Below, piece after piece: positions 28,872 to 39,399 of a DNA stretch of 64,000 bases (positions within the stretch are counted from its first letter, which is position 1; each line of letters begins with the position of its first letter). Below the pieces are notes generated by a model. The model did no database searches. It saw only the letters and a list, made by a program, of their open reading frames with translations, and had not been told where the DNA came from. Origin of the DNA: an uncultured Lachnospiraceae bacterium (GTDB lineage Bacteria > Bacillota > Clostridia > Lachnospirales > Lachnospiraceae); contig CAMKQH010000015.1 of NCBI GenBank assembly GCA_946414885.1, forward strand, positions 32,881 to 96,880, written 5' to 3'. The translations under genes and the position numbers were made by a program.

Positions 28872-29300
28872 TTAGTTTTTTATTTTTTCCTTTAGCTGGG
28901 TCGTACTAATACCCTTTGTATATGGGAAATACTCAATAGCTGCTCCTAATTTAGCAAATTGCTCTTCAGTTCTCTTATAACGCTCAGATCCTTTCCAATC
29001 ATCACCGGAAAACAGTACATCAAAATGAAACTTTTCTAATGCAAGCATCTTATCATTTGTAGTTGCAATATCTACCGTCACGGCATCATCCACCACTTTT
29101 AAGGCTTTTAGTATTCTTACACGTTGATCCTGCGGATAGACTGGTTCCTTATGCTTGATTTCTCTAACATATGTATCATCACATACACCCACGATAAGAA
29201 TGTCACACATTTCCTTACAGCGCTCTAGTAAATTCAAGTGCCCGACATGAAACACATCAAAAACTCCGCATGTATAACCAATATGATACTTCTTATTCAT
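28872..29300 (-). CDS. TagD-like (glycerol/alditol-phosphate) cytidylyltransferase
   Basis: GVFDVFHVGHLNLL (HxGH), GDDWKG, FPYTKGISTT. Confidence 0.9.
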   Translation of the reverse strand: MNKKYHIGYTCGVFDVFHVGHLNLLERCKEMCDILIVGVCDDTYVREIKHKEPVYPQDQRVRILKALKVVDDAVTVDIATTNDKMLALEKFHFDVLFSGDDWKGSERYKRTEEQFAKLGAAIEYFPYTKGISTTQLKEKIKN

Positions 29301-29340
29301 ATGAACCTCCTCCTTAGGTTTTGCCTAACCAACTATTTTA

Positions 29341-30018
29341 TTATTTGTTCCAAGTAATGTTTTCTTTGACTATTTTGGCAGGTTGTCCAGCAATAATCGA
29401 ATTTTTAATGTCAAAACTATGATTTACTACTGACCTTGCTCCGACAATACAATTATCAGCAATTTTGCTACCTTTTAGAATCGTCGTATCACTCGCGATC
29501 CAAACATGATCTCCTATCAAAATTGATCTATGACGATTTATTACATTACCTGCTTCATCCATAACACTATGCCCGTCCCCATCAATTATAGTTACATTCC
29601 ATCCTAGTAATGCGTCTTTCCCAATCGTTATTTCTGAGCCACAACTTATAATTACATTTGAATTGCTTGTAAAACCATCTCCGATAGTTAAAACTCCTTG
29701 CCTAGAAATATTTATTTTGTTTGCCTTTGCAATACGGCATTTACCTAAAAATCTAATTTGTCCTCCTTTTTTTATGCTCCAATAAGTTGTCCCTTCTCCC
29801 ATATTAAACGGATTTTTTTTAATGCCAATGCATACCGTACCCATCTTAAAAGCATTGTTCGAAATAATAACACTTTTTCTATCACCCATCGAATCACATT
29901 TGCAATTCCACCCGATTAGAATTGGTAGCTTTAATCCCTTTATACCAAAATAAAAAACATTAAACCAAATGCTCTTTACTAGATTCACGCTTAATGCACT
30001 TTTTACTCCCTGTAGCAT
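29341..30018 (-). CDS. hexapeptide-repeat O-acyltransferase
   Basis: IIDGDGH, IGDHVWI, IIAGQPAKIVK. Confidence 0.85.
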   Translation of the reverse strand: MLQGVKSALSVNLVKSIWFNVFYFGIKGLKLPILIGWNCKCDSMGDRKSVIISNNAFKMGTVCIGIKKNPFNMGEGTTYWSIKKGGQIRFLGKCRIAKANKINISRQGVLTIGDGFTSNSNVIISCGSEITIGKDALLGWNVTIIDGDGHSVMDEAGNVINRHRSILIGDHVWIASDTTILKGSKIADNCIVGARSVVNHSFDIKNSIIAGQPAKIVKENITWNK

Positions 30019-30088
30019 CGTATATGTTGGCCCTTCCTCTTCAAAGAAGACTTTTTATATGTGACTTCTAAAACAGTAACTATGAAAA

Positions 30089-31006
30089 TCACCAAATATT
30101 ACTCAACTGATATTCTCCGTCAAAAAACCTCTCAACGATTTCGCGTTTTTCAGACAAGTATTCTTTCCAAGGCGTATACGCATCATAAAAAACGGTAGAA
30201 CCATGCTTCATTCCCCTTTCTTCAACAGGCGGCAACTTCATGTAATCTCCAAAATGAGTTTTGAGGCAATTATCATTCCCGATAGCAATTCGAACTTGCC
30301 TATCATTATATTTTACATAAGTAGATTTGATCACATCTTTCTTGGCATACAAATGTATCCCTTTCATCGCATATCCAGGCATGGCAATTGTATCTACCTT
30401 TTCTGTCTCTTCATCATTATACTTTCGACATACTTTATCCCATTTTTCCCATAAATATGCAGTAGAAAAAAAGAAATACAGGAAATGGGGGATAAATCCC
30501 CTTTTTCCAATTGGGCTCCCGTCTATTCGGTGCATCAATTCTCTTCGTAACCGTCTCGATTGATTAAGCTGCTTTTTCCGTTTACGACCATCAGCAATGG
30601 CATTATCAAATGGATATATTTCAATAAATACTCCGTGTTCCTTATTCTTTCCTCCAAATTGGTTTTTAATAATTGCTGTAGAATTAATATCTCGAATCCG
30701 CAAAAAAACACCATTGTTTTTTGCTTTTCCAATTCCATATTCCATCACACAATTGGGATGATTATATTTATTAAATAAATTTATGAATTTATCATAATCC
30801 TCTCGCAACATCCCTATGTCCATATCATCATCCCACGGAATAAATCCTTGATGACGAACCGCGCCTATTGCCGCCCCGCCAATGAGAAAATAATTAAGAT
30901 CGTTTTCCTTACAGATCATCTCGACTAAATCTATCATATCGAGCTCTTTTTCCCATAACTTCTTGCGTCCTTCCGTTACTAAAAAACCATCTATGACTTC
31001 AGGCAT
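30089..31006 (-). CDS. licD: LicD-family phosphotransferase (copy 1)
   Basis: GAAIGAVRHQGFIPWDDDMDIGM, IEIYPFD, HFGDYMKLPP. Confidence 0.9.
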   Translation of the reverse strand: MPEVIDGFLVTEGRKKLWEKELDMIDLVEMICKENDLNYFLIGGAAIGAVRHQGFIPWDDDMDIGMLREDYDKFINLFNKYNHPNCVMEYGIGKAKNNGVFLRIRDINSTAIIKNQFGGKNKEHGVFIEIYPFDNAIADGRKRKKQLNQSRRLRRELMHRIDGSPIGKRGFIPHFLYFFFSTAYLWEKWDKVCRKYNDEETEKVDTIAMPGYAMKGIHLYAKKDVIKSTYVKYNDRQVRIAIGNDNCLKTHFGDYMKLPPVEERGMKHGSTVFYDAYTPWKEYLSEKREIVERFFDGEYQLSNIW

Positions 31007-31021
31007 AAACTTATCCCCTCT

Positions 31022-32185
31022 CTACTTGACATCATCAGTTTTCATCAAAATTGTTTTTCGTATTTGGCTACTGCTTGTACCCTGAGTATATGGAAAATAG
31101 ATAATTTCTACACCTTTGTCCTTAAAATACTCTTCGTATCGATTAAAACGTTCTGTTCCCTGATAGTCAGACCCAACAAAAAGCCTATCATAATGCCAAA
31201 TATCCCATGCATCCGAATCCTCACGACACGAATCCACAACTTTGTCGACATATTTGCAAGCGGCAACAATTTGCTTTCTTTCCTCAAGCGGAATAAAGGT
31301 TTCTTTGCCTTTCCACTTTCCGCTGTCATGCACTCCTACTATTAAATAATCACATTGTTGTTTCGCGCGACGAAGAAGGTTCAGATGGCCTACATGAAAC
31401 AAATCAAATGTTCCAGACAAATAACCAATCCTTACTCGTCGATTATTATCCAACCTTCCAGATGCTTTTTTATATTGATAGCTATGTAGACCATATTCAT
31501 GCGGATCATTGTGATAACGCTCCAAAACTGCTTTAAAAGTTTCTTCATATTGTGGGATAAAAAGACTATCGGCCGAAAACAAATGCTTGACAATCTCATC
31601 CGCCAACTCTTTTAAAAGGTCTAGTTGGTTTTGTCCTCCATAAAAGCGAGACCCCTTAAAGGTCGCCGGTGAAACATTAAGAATACGATTCCTTGTTCCC
31701 CCGACCTCTAATTCTATGTTTACACTTTCGATAAAACGACATATGGCCGCTTTTGATGCCGCATACAAAGCAGCTGATGGTGATGACATTAAACCAGCAA
31801 TAGATCCCATAACCCCACAATAAAAAGGTTCGTTTTTTCTAATGCGATCATAGAATACTCTAAGAATTTGAAGTGTTGCCGTTGCATTAACAGTCATCAT
31901 ATTTTTAATTTCCGCTGTATGAAAATACTCAAAATCTGCAATGCGTCCATACCCTGCGGTAATCATTAAAACAGTTATTTCCGGATCCTCGGCAAATGAT
32001 CTGAGCAGATCTTCATCCATATTGAGAAGATCAAAGTATTCGTATGAAAAGGAACCTTCAGGAAACAGGTTTTCTTCCGGTATGTTACGATCAAGAATAT
32101 CCACCCAGTATCCTTTGTTAATCAAATTCTTCGATATTGCATAGCCGATTCCGTTACTGCCTCCAATTACTACCGCCTTTAACAT
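31022..32185 (-). CDS. SDR oxidoreductase fused to a TagD-like cytidylyltransferase
   Basis: GGSNGIG and YAASK (SDR); C-terminal SGTFDLFHVGHLNLL, GSDYQG, FPYTQGTSSS. Confidence 0.88.
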   Translation of the reverse strand: MLKAVVIGGSNGIGYAISKNLINKGYWVDILDRNIPEENLFPEGSFSYEYFDLLNMDEDLLRSFAEDPEITVLMITAGYGRIADFEYFHTAEIKNMMTVNATATLQILRVFYDRIRKNEPFYCGVMGSIAGLMSSPSAALYAASKAAICRFIESVNIELEVGGTRNRILNVSPATFKGSRFYGGQNQLDLLKELADEIVKHLFSADSLFIPQYEETFKAVLERYHNDPHEYGLHSYQYKKASGRLDNNRRVRIGYLSGTFDLFHVGHLNLLRRAKQQCDYLIVGVHDSGKWKGKETFIPLEERKQIVAACKYVDKVVDSCREDSDAWDIWHYDRLFVGSDYQGTERFNRYEEYFKDKGVEIIYFPYTQGTSSSQIRKTILMKTDDVK

Positions 32186-32213
32186 ATTCTCACTCCTATA
32201 AAATAATATTGTG

Positions 32214-33782
32214 CTATTTTGAAATCTTCTTTTGTACTCTTTTTCTTAATCCTTTTACAAATTTTACTAAGTACTTAAACTCATCCCTTCTCCAAAACAA
32301 CAAAGTAAATACCGCTGGAATGGAACAACCCGTAATTAAAACATGTACTGCAACGGAAAACCAACCATATCCAATAAATATATTAGAACATATTACAAAA
32401 TCTGCTACCGCCACAACGATACAAATTAAAAAATACAAACAATTATCCTTATAATAATCCAAAAGTGGCTTAAAATAATTAAAAGCATACTTATAAATCA
32501 ATGCGGGTTCAATCAAAAAATTAGTCAAAACATAAGTTGCTATTGTGCCAAATATAACTCCAGAGATTCCCCAAAGCTGTACAAAAACGACTGAGACTAT
32601 TATATTTACTATTATACTTAATAAGGGTCTGTACCAAGCTTGACGAAATATTCCACTTACCCCTCTAACTTGTCCTAGATTAACAAGAATTCCCGCAAAA
32701 AACATCTCAATGCCTATAAGAATGGGGACTGGTTGTTCTAATACATAATCAACACCAATCCATGTTTCGATTACCTCATTACTACATACGGCAATTCCTA
32801 CTCCTGCCGTCCCAAACAAAAGTGCTGTCATCAAATTAACAATTCGAAAAAAAGCGTATTTTTTTTCTATAGTTTCTGTGGCAAAAAGATTTCCCATACT
32901 TGCCTTCATGGCACTAAATAATCTCTTGATCAAATCAACAAATGTCCTATATAACAACAAGTAATTTGAATATAATCCAACTGTCACCATTCCAATAAAC
33001 ATACTTAGAATAAGAGTATCACAAGCTTTTACAACAACATCGTTTACTTTGTAAAGAAATAACGCCCCGCAATCTTGAAACATTTCTATTACTTCTTCAC
33101 GGGACAAGCGATCTTTTTCCAATACAAAGAATTGCGGATACATTATTTTAGCAATAATACCTTTTAATAAGCTATCTCCAATTGCTGTAAATACGGCAAC
33201 TAATGTATAAACGAGGAAATTTCTAAAAATCACCAAAAGAATTATTTGTAAAAGACTAGTCACTATTTTTACAACATAATTGACAAGATCCAGAATATAT
33301 TTTTTTTGATCCGCAGTTACCACTGTAGATCGATACGCAAGAAAAAGATAAGAAGAAACACTTTGCATTAGAAAAAGCAAAAAAAGTAAAACTGCATTGA
33401 TGCCTAATTTCTGAAGCGAATCATAATCCTTTATTAATATCGGCAAAAACGGAATCAATCCTATACCAAGGAAAAATATTAATACTCCAATAATCTTGTA
33501 TGCCGTCTTATAAAACTTTAATAAAACCCTTACTCTTTTCTCATCTCTTTCAACCAACGGTTTATACAATCTATAAGCAATAGCTGAACCAATGCCAAGA
33601 TCCGCCAATGACAGCATGGATAAAATATTTGAGAACAATCCATTTATCCCAAGATACTCTTTTCCCAATGTATTTATAAATACAGTTCTAACAACAAACT
33701 GTAATATTACTGACAAAAGCTGTCCTCCAAATCCAGTAATCATATTTATTACAGAATTTTTAGTTCTACTATTTCCGCCCAT
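32214..33782 (-). CDS. wzx: Wzx/MATE-like polysaccharide flippase
   Basis: start MGGNSRTKNS (AAGGAG RBS); LGINGLFSNILSMLSLADLGIG; multi-TM. Confidence 0.88.
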   Translation of the reverse strand: MGGNSRTKNSVINMITGFGGQLLSVILQFVVRTVFINTLGKEYLGINGLFSNILSMLSLADLGIGSAIAYRLYKPLVERDEKRVRVLLKFYKTAYKIIGVLIFFLGIGLIPFLPILIKDYDSLQKLGINAVLLFLLFLMQSVSSYLFLAYRSTVVTADQKKYILDLVNYVVKIVTSLLQIILLVIFRNFLVYTLVAVFTAIGDSLLKGIIAKIMYPQFFVLEKDRLSREEVIEMFQDCGALFLYKVNDVVVKACDTLILSMFIGMVTVGLYSNYLLLYRTFVDLIKRLFSAMKASMGNLFATETIEKKYAFFRIVNLMTALLFGTAGVGIAVCSNEVIETWIGVDYVLEQPVPILIGIEMFFAGILVNLGQVRGVSGIFRQAWYRPLLSIIVNIIVSVVFVQLWGISGVIFGTIATYVLTNFLIEPALIYKYAFNYFKPLLDYYKDNCLYFLICIVVAVADFVICSNIFIGYGWFSVAVHVLITGCSIPAVFTLLFWRRDEFKYLVKFVKGLRKRVQKKISK

Positions 33783-34081
33783 ATGGGTCTCCTTTTGATA
33801 ATAAATGTTTTTAATTCCTAGCAAAAGAGCCAATTAATTATCTCTAAAAGGGCAATCTTGTCCACAAAACAGTTTTAACATCAATCACTTTCTTAAACTA
33901 TCGTTATTCTAATACGGTAAGTATATTTGAAATAGGATTCTATAAAAAAACTTGCGCGAGAATGTGTCGATTAAATCAATTCCTGTTTTCCGCGCATTTG
34001 AATATATTTAGCAATTTTCTGTCAAATTCAATGCCTCGCACAGATACTTATCATTTCACATCAAATGTCTCTAAATATTTA

Positions 34082-35059
34082 TCACTTGCAAATCAATCCT
34101 CTTTCTTTGCGAAAATCCCATACGCTTTTACTAAGAATATGACCATTTTCAATAACCATAGCTTCCTTCAGCGAAGGCGTGAGTGTTCCTTCAATCACAT
34201 CATCTATGATCTGAGCACATCCTTTGCTAAGCACCTTTGTTACTGTCATGGGGAACATAGCAGGTGTATTATCAACTGCATAATGAAGTACTCCATCTAC
34301 AATATATACGGGATCAGAGATAGTTGTCGCATGAGAGGTTTCAATTTCAAGGTGAGGATCACAGCTAACATCAATAATCATGGTGTGAGGCTTAAACTTC
34401 TTTAAATCCTCTTTGTAAATCAACCTATCCTTTCGAGAAATATCCCACATTACGCAATTAACTATCACATCGTAGTCATACATTTTCTGCAAAAATAATT
34501 TTTCTAATTTACGACCGTATACATCTATATCCGCGCCAAGTCCTGTAAGAATACGAATCGCTCCTTTGGCAGTTTGTCCGTTGCCAATTACGGCAACGCT
34601 ACATTCATAGGGCATTTTCCCGTAATGACAAAATGCCTGCAAAACAGCTGCCTCTCCGGCAACTTCACGATTACGATAAAAAATGTAACGCCCGTTGTCA
34701 TAAATCTCTTCCCAAGCGATTACGGTAAAGTTCTTCTCCAAACACTTATCCGTAAAATGAATTCCCTGCGCCGCATGCGCCCAACCGAAAAGAATCTTAC
34801 CATCTTCCAACTGATCCAGATAATCTGCATCTCCGAGTTTAACATCCGTTATAATATCGCATTTGAGAGCTTCTTCTCTGGAAACAACATGGGCTCCAGC
34901 TTCAATATACTCTGCATCTGAATGACCAATGGATTCACCATATCCCATTTCAAAAAACATCATATCCGGATTTCTAAGCATTTTTACATCTATTGGTAAA
35001 ATCGCACGACGCTTCTCATTATTTTTATGGCTGATTACCAATCCCATGGTTCTTTTCAT
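34082..35059 (-). CDS. ceo: N5-(carboxyethyl)ornithine synthase-like (AlaDh/PNT family)
   Basis: MGLVISHKNNEKRRAILP, DIITDVKLG, GWAH, NREVAGEAAV, IGNGQTAKGA, DVSCD, YAVDNTP. Confidence 0.85.
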   Translation of the reverse strand: MKRTMGLVISHKNNEKRRAILPIDVKMLRNPDMMFFEMGYGESIGHSDAEYIEAGAHVVSREEALKCDIITDVKLGDADYLDQLEDGKILFGWAHAAQGIHFTDKCLEKNFTVIAWEEIYDNGRYIFYRNREVAGEAAVLQAFCHYGKMPYECSVAVIGNGQTAKGAIRILTGLGADIDVYGRKLEKLFLQKMYDYDVIVNCVMWDISRKDRLIYKEDLKKFKPHTMIIDVSCDPHLEIETSHATTISDPVYIVDGVLHYAVDNTPAMFPMTVTKVLSKGCAQIIDDVIEGTLTPSLKEAMVIENGHILSKSVWDFRKERGLICK

Positions 35060-35087
35060 TTTTATCTCCTTTGTAAATCTAATTATT

Positions 35088-36233
35088 CTATTTTTTAAAT
35101 GCATTTCTCAAGCTTTTTTTAATATAAACATCTTCCAATACTTCTTCGGTCATTTCTCCAAAAGTCGGCTCTTTTCCACCAATTTGATTTTGACCTGGCC
35201 TAGTATTAAACTCAATCATAATCGGAGCGCCATCTTCTCTTACGGCAAAATCCCATCCGACAATATTGAAATAAGGAAGTTTGCAATGTAATTTCTTAAT
35301 TGTTTCAACAATTTTCTCATATGAAGGAACATGAATTGTTTTCAATTTAATTCCCGTAGCCGTCTCATCCGTCCATGTTGATTGCCGCGTAACGGATTTT
35401 TCGTGCAACCAACCATTTGGATAAATTGCGCAAGCACTTCCCCCCGCCGAAACATTATCAACCCTAGAACCAGAACCACCTATTCTTAATTGGGCAGATA
35501 AAATATATACTTCTCCCTTGAAGTGAAAAGAAATAACACGAATTGTGTTAAGCGTGCTCGGATTGAGGCGTGCAAGGTCAGGGTGTTGCTTAACAATTCG
35601 TTGGACCACAAAATTATTGCTCATTTTTCCAAAAATGTCAGGTATTCGCATGCTCTTCTCATCGTCTCGGTCATAAAATAGAATTCCTGCCCCTTTCGTA
35701 CCCAATGAAGGCTTAAAAATCAAATGTTCTTCTTGTTCGCAAAGGTGTACGGCTTCTTCCTCGGAAATTATACTATCGTTATCTCCATCATAATAGTATC
35801 CACCCATATTTTTAACTATTGTTTCTGGTTTATTCACATCTCGGAACAAAAAACTGTAAACGCTTTTATCAGCATATGCTGTAGCAAATGATTTGCTATT
35901 AAAGTAAGGCAATATATCATGGAACCATATAGGATCTGGAATATAACGCGGATCATATTTATTTAACTCATCGCAATAAAGGGCATACCATATGCGCTTA
36001 GGTTTTTGCCCAAATCTCTTCCAATAAGCAAGGACTGTTGTCCTATATTCAGAAGAACTACCTTTATATCCTCCATTAATTTTCCTTACGCGAGCTTTGA
36101 TATCTCGAGGTGTATAACTGTATTTATATGCGTCTAAACGATCCGAAACCTTCTTCTTATAATACGAAATTACTGAATTAAGTTTTATATAATTTCTATA
36201 TTCAATATTTTGTTTTTCCATTTTATTCTCCAT
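35088..36233 (-). CDS. sugar-transfer-associated ATP-grasp protein (second ATPgrasp_ST)
   Basis: IFKPSLGTKGAGI, VQRIVKQH, NPSTLNTIRV, DNVSAGG, GWDFAV, MIEFNTRPG. Confidence 0.85.
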   Translation of the reverse strand: MENKMEKQNIEYRNYIKLNSVISYYKKKVSDRLDAYKYSYTPRDIKARVRKINGGYKGSSSEYRTTVLAYWKRFGQKPKRIWYALYCDELNKYDPRYIPDPIWFHDILPYFNSKSFATAYADKSVYSFLFRDVNKPETIVKNMGGYYYDGDNDSIISEEEAVHLCEQEEHLIFKPSLGTKGAGILFYDRDDEKSMRIPDIFGKMSNNFVVQRIVKQHPDLARLNPSTLNTIRVISFHFKGEVYILSAQLRIGGSGSRVDNVSAGGSACAIYPNGWLHEKSVTRQSTWTDETATGIKLKTIHVPSYEKIVETIKKLHCKLPYFNIVGWDFAVREDGAPIMIEFNTRPGQNQIGGKEPTFGEMTEEVLEDVYIKKSLRNAFKK

Positions 36234-36248
36234 TATTTACCACATTAT

Positions 36249-37397
36249 TTAACCGCAAATGATCTTTATGTCTAGGGCTATTGTTTCATGGGAAAAAAAT
36301 CCGAAAGTCCCTCTTGCATAACTTCTACGTCTTCTTCTCCGCGAACATGTTCCAGTAACATCTTTATAACTGCTTCTCAAGTATCTGATAAATTTTTCCC
36401 TAGATAATATTATCCTCATAATGCGATCAATCAATTTTAATCCTCGAAATTCCAATAACCATTTTACTGTCCATTTCTGAGCATAAATAGCAAATTCTTT
36501 TTCGAATGTGTCCCCTTCCGCTAGTCTTTGATTTCTCTCATTAAAGCTTGAATAATCAGGTTCCCGAATATAAATTATTTTTTCGTTCTCTAAGTGCACG
36601 AAATGTTTTTTTAATACAATTGTGTCATCGACTAATAATTCTAATAATAAGCCATCTTTTGTCATTGCCGGATCCGATTTTTGATGAAAATAAAAATTTC
36701 CTTGTCCGTATAACAGATATGCTCCATTATAATTCTCTTGGGTACCAATACAATGTGTGTGCTGTGCAATTACATAATCTGCTCCACAATCTGCCATTCG
36801 GTGAAACCTTTTTTTTAACCACGGTGTTGGATACTCATAAAACTCCGCCCCACCATGATATATAACTATTAAGCAGTCACATCCACGACGCAAATCTCGT
36901 AAATCATTACACACAATATACTCATCATATAAATTTACGCCTGCATTATTCTTATCTGGAATATTAAATACAGTTTCAGCAACATTGTAAATTATTATTT
37001 TTTTATTATTTATCGTAATGCATATATGCGTCTGAATAGTATCTATATTGATGCCCGCACCAAAATACCTTATTTGGTTTTGTTCTAGTACTTTTACAGT
37101 ATCAATATATCCCTCCGTACCATAATCGGGAATATGATTATTGGCTAATGTTACACAATCAACACCCAGTTCAACCAACGCTCTTACCGTGTTTGGGGAT
37201 GCTTTTATACTTGGGCCACATTTGGGAGCTGGTATATTTGCATCAGTTAACGCCCCCTCTAAATTACACAATGTAAAATCTGATTTTTTAAATAATTCTA
37301 TTATTTCAGTTGAAAACAATCGATCTATGTTTGGTGTCGAAAACAAATCCATGTTTCTGCGTGGAAAAATATCACCACCTATAAGAATACTAGCCAT
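36249..37397 (-). CDS. CapA-family (poly-gamma-glutamate capsule/metallophosphoesterase) protein; 3' end probably frameshifted
   Basis: GGDI, NLEG, LANNHIPDYG, YHGGAE, HTHC, YGQGNF; aberrant tail RRRRRRSY, while another frame gives MLLEHVRGEEDVEV..*(36278). Confidence 0.85.
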   Translation of the reverse strand: MASILIGGDIFPRRNMDLFSTPNIDRLFSTEIIELFKKSDFTLCNLEGALTDANIPAPKCGPSIKASPNTVRALVELGVDCVTLANNHIPDYGTEGYIDTVKVLEQNQIRYFGAGINIDTIQTHICITINNKKIIIYNVAETVFNIPDKNNAGVNLYDEYIVCNDLRDLRRGCDCLIVIYHGGAEFYEYPTPWLKKRFHRMADCGADYVIAQHTHCIGTQENYNGAYLLYGQGNFYFHQKSDPAMTKDGLLLELLVDDTIVLKKHFVHLENEKIIYIREPDYSSFNERNQRLAEGDTFEKEFAIYAQKWTVKWLLEFRGLKLIDRIMRIILSREKFIRYLRSSYKDVTGTCSRRRRRRSYARGTFGFFSHETIALDIKIICG

Positions 37398-37440
37398 TCT
37401 CGTTCATTCCTCTTTATTTGAGATTATATTGATATCATTT

Positions 37441-38040
37441 CTATTTACTGAAACGATTAACATGCCCCGGCTTATATTTTAATTTTAAAATGATTTTTCT
37501 CACTCCAAATTGAATGTTTGTTACCCATTTCGGATATGGACAACCATTTAGCCATTTCAGCATCACAACATTATAATGATCAGTTTTGGGGACACTAAAT
37601 CCGATATATCTGAACCCTTCATTTTCGCAAACTTTCCGCATCGCTTTATTCTTTTCCGCCGTCCTTGTTTCAACATAATTAAAACCATGCTCTTTTATAT
37701 CCTCTAGTATCGCCGAAAACAACATACTAGAGATATGCCTTCTCATATAGTCAGGATGTACTGCTACCATCATTCGATCAATCATTCTTCCCTTCGCACA
37801 CCAATAGTTTCTTTCTACAATTCTATAAGACATCGTTCCAATTAGTTTATCACCTTCCAATGCCACAAAACATTTTCCATTTTCACCAATATGTTTTTCC
37901 AATTCATCCGCACTCTTATTCAAGATTCCAACGTGAAACCCTTTTTCCCCCTGATTAATACTGTGTGCAGAATGTAATAATTCTCTTATTTCTTCAAATG
38001 AAATCTCATCGGGTTTCTCGCAAACGATAATATCTTTCAT
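37441..38040 (-). CDS. GNAT-family N-acetyltransferase
   Basis: VAVHPDYMRRHISS, NKAMRKVCENEGF. Confidence 0.82.
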   Translation of the reverse strand: MKDIIVCEKPDEISFEEIRELLHSAHSINQGEKGFHVGILNKSADELEKHIGENGKCFVALEGDKLIGTMSYRIVERNYWCAKGRMIDRMMVAVHPDYMRRHISSMLFSAILEDIKEHGFNYVETRTAEKNKAMRKVCENEGFRYIGFSVPKTDHYNVVMLKWLNGCPYPKWVTNIQFGVRKIILKLKYKPGHVNRFSK

Positions 38041-38099
38041 AACACTGCCTCAATTTCGTATGTACTGAATTTATAAAGCATTCGTTTTGACATCTTTTT

Positions 38100-39311
38100 T
38101 TATTGTATTTCCTTAAGTCTCTTATGTCTACTAAGCATATTTTTAGGGACAAAACACCGTACAAATTTTTTAAGTTTGTACAATCGTACCATTTTTCGAA
38201 ATTCTTGCCAAGGTTTAGGATCATCTGCGCTTTCAATAAATCTTTCGAGAGGCATATTTAATTGGTTATCAAATTCCTTTTGACTTATATATCCTCTTCT
38301 GAAAGTATCAAATAATATTCTCTCGTTTTGAAACCTTACCTCTCGCGCAATATCATCAGGACATTCTACCTTTTGTTTGTAAAACATATCAACCAGTATG
38401 GCCGGAAAATTAATGCCCGCTAAAGTTGCTGCGTACCCAGAACCGCCACCGCGTATGTTTATCTCAGAAAAATAAATCTTATTGTCACAATCAAATAAAT
38501 CCACGCAGAACATGCCTGTAAGTTTTAATCCTTTAACAAGGTTTTCTATTTTCTCCTTAATATCTTTTATCTTATTGGAGGATATGGCGACTCCTTCTGC
38601 GGTCACCCCCTTGTGTTCCGCAACTCCTCCTCGCAGTGTCAAAATCAGTACCGGCGCCCAAGCTCCATTCCCCCAAGCGATTCCATATAAACATAACTCT
38701 TGAGATATATTTAAATATTCTTCTATAAGTACATTCTTGCCTCCTTTTTCTCTTATCACTTTCATTGCTTTAGTTAATTCTGCCTCATTGCTGCATATGG
38801 CAAACGCCGTTTTACTATTTGGTATGTCTGCACTTGCTAGCGGTTTCATAAAGCACGGATACTTCACTTCTTTTATAGCATCACTAATACCATTTTCCTC
38901 CGTATTATACTCTTTTCCAAATGCCGTGTTTAAACCATATTCCTGTGCCAAACGTTTCTGATACATTTTATCCATGAGCGTATCAATGTTACATTCCTCA
39001 TTATCAATGTTACATAGATAGTAATGCTCTTTCAAAATATTATAATTATGATCTATAAATTTGCTGTATCTGTCATTCAAAGATATGATTAGTATCTTTT
39101 CATCATCACCTCTCAGCAGATCCAGAACATCTATAATTTTATTTTCATTGTATTTTAAGTAGATACTTTTTGTAACATATTTGCTTTTTCCTGCTATTTT
39201 TTTAGTATCTTCATTTAAGGCTAAAAGACGAACTTTATATCCGACCATCCCTAATGACCTTATAACTCCAAGTGCGATGGAATAAGTCCCAATCACTATC
39301 ACATCGTGCAT
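38100..39311 (-). CDS. ATP-grasp carboxylate-amine ligase
   Basis: YPCFMKPLAS, LIEEYL, YFSEINIRGGGS. Confidence 0.82.
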   Translation of the reverse strand: MHDVIVIGTYSIALGVIRSLGMVGYKVRLLALNEDTKKIAGKSKYVTKSIYLKYNENKIIDVLDLLRGDDEKILIISLNDRYSKFIDHNYNILKEHYYLCNIDNEECNIDTLMDKMYQKRLAQEYGLNTAFGKEYNTEENGISDAIKEVKYPCFMKPLASADIPNSKTAFAICSNEAELTKAMKVIREKGGKNVLIEEYLNISQELCLYGIAWGNGAWAPVLILTLRGGVAEHKGVTAEGVAISSNKIKDIKEKIENLVKGLKLTGMFCVDLFDCDNKIYFSEINIRGGGSGYAATLAGINFPAILVDMFYKQKVECPDDIAREVRFQNERILFDTFRRGYISQKEFDNQLNMPLERFIESADDPKPWQEFRKMVRLYKLKKFVRCFVPKNMLSRHKRLKEIQ

Positions 39312-39399
39312 GACATATTCTCCTCGAATACAATTATCAATTTGGGGGGTACTCTACATATAAAATCATCCTGACATAAGTAGCGTGCATACCCCTTAA

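Noticed and set aside
33940-34080. Possible riboswitch or attenuator between ceo and wzx
   Set aside because: Only a weak hairpin (GCATTGAAT..ATTCAAATGC) and no recognised aptamer motif.
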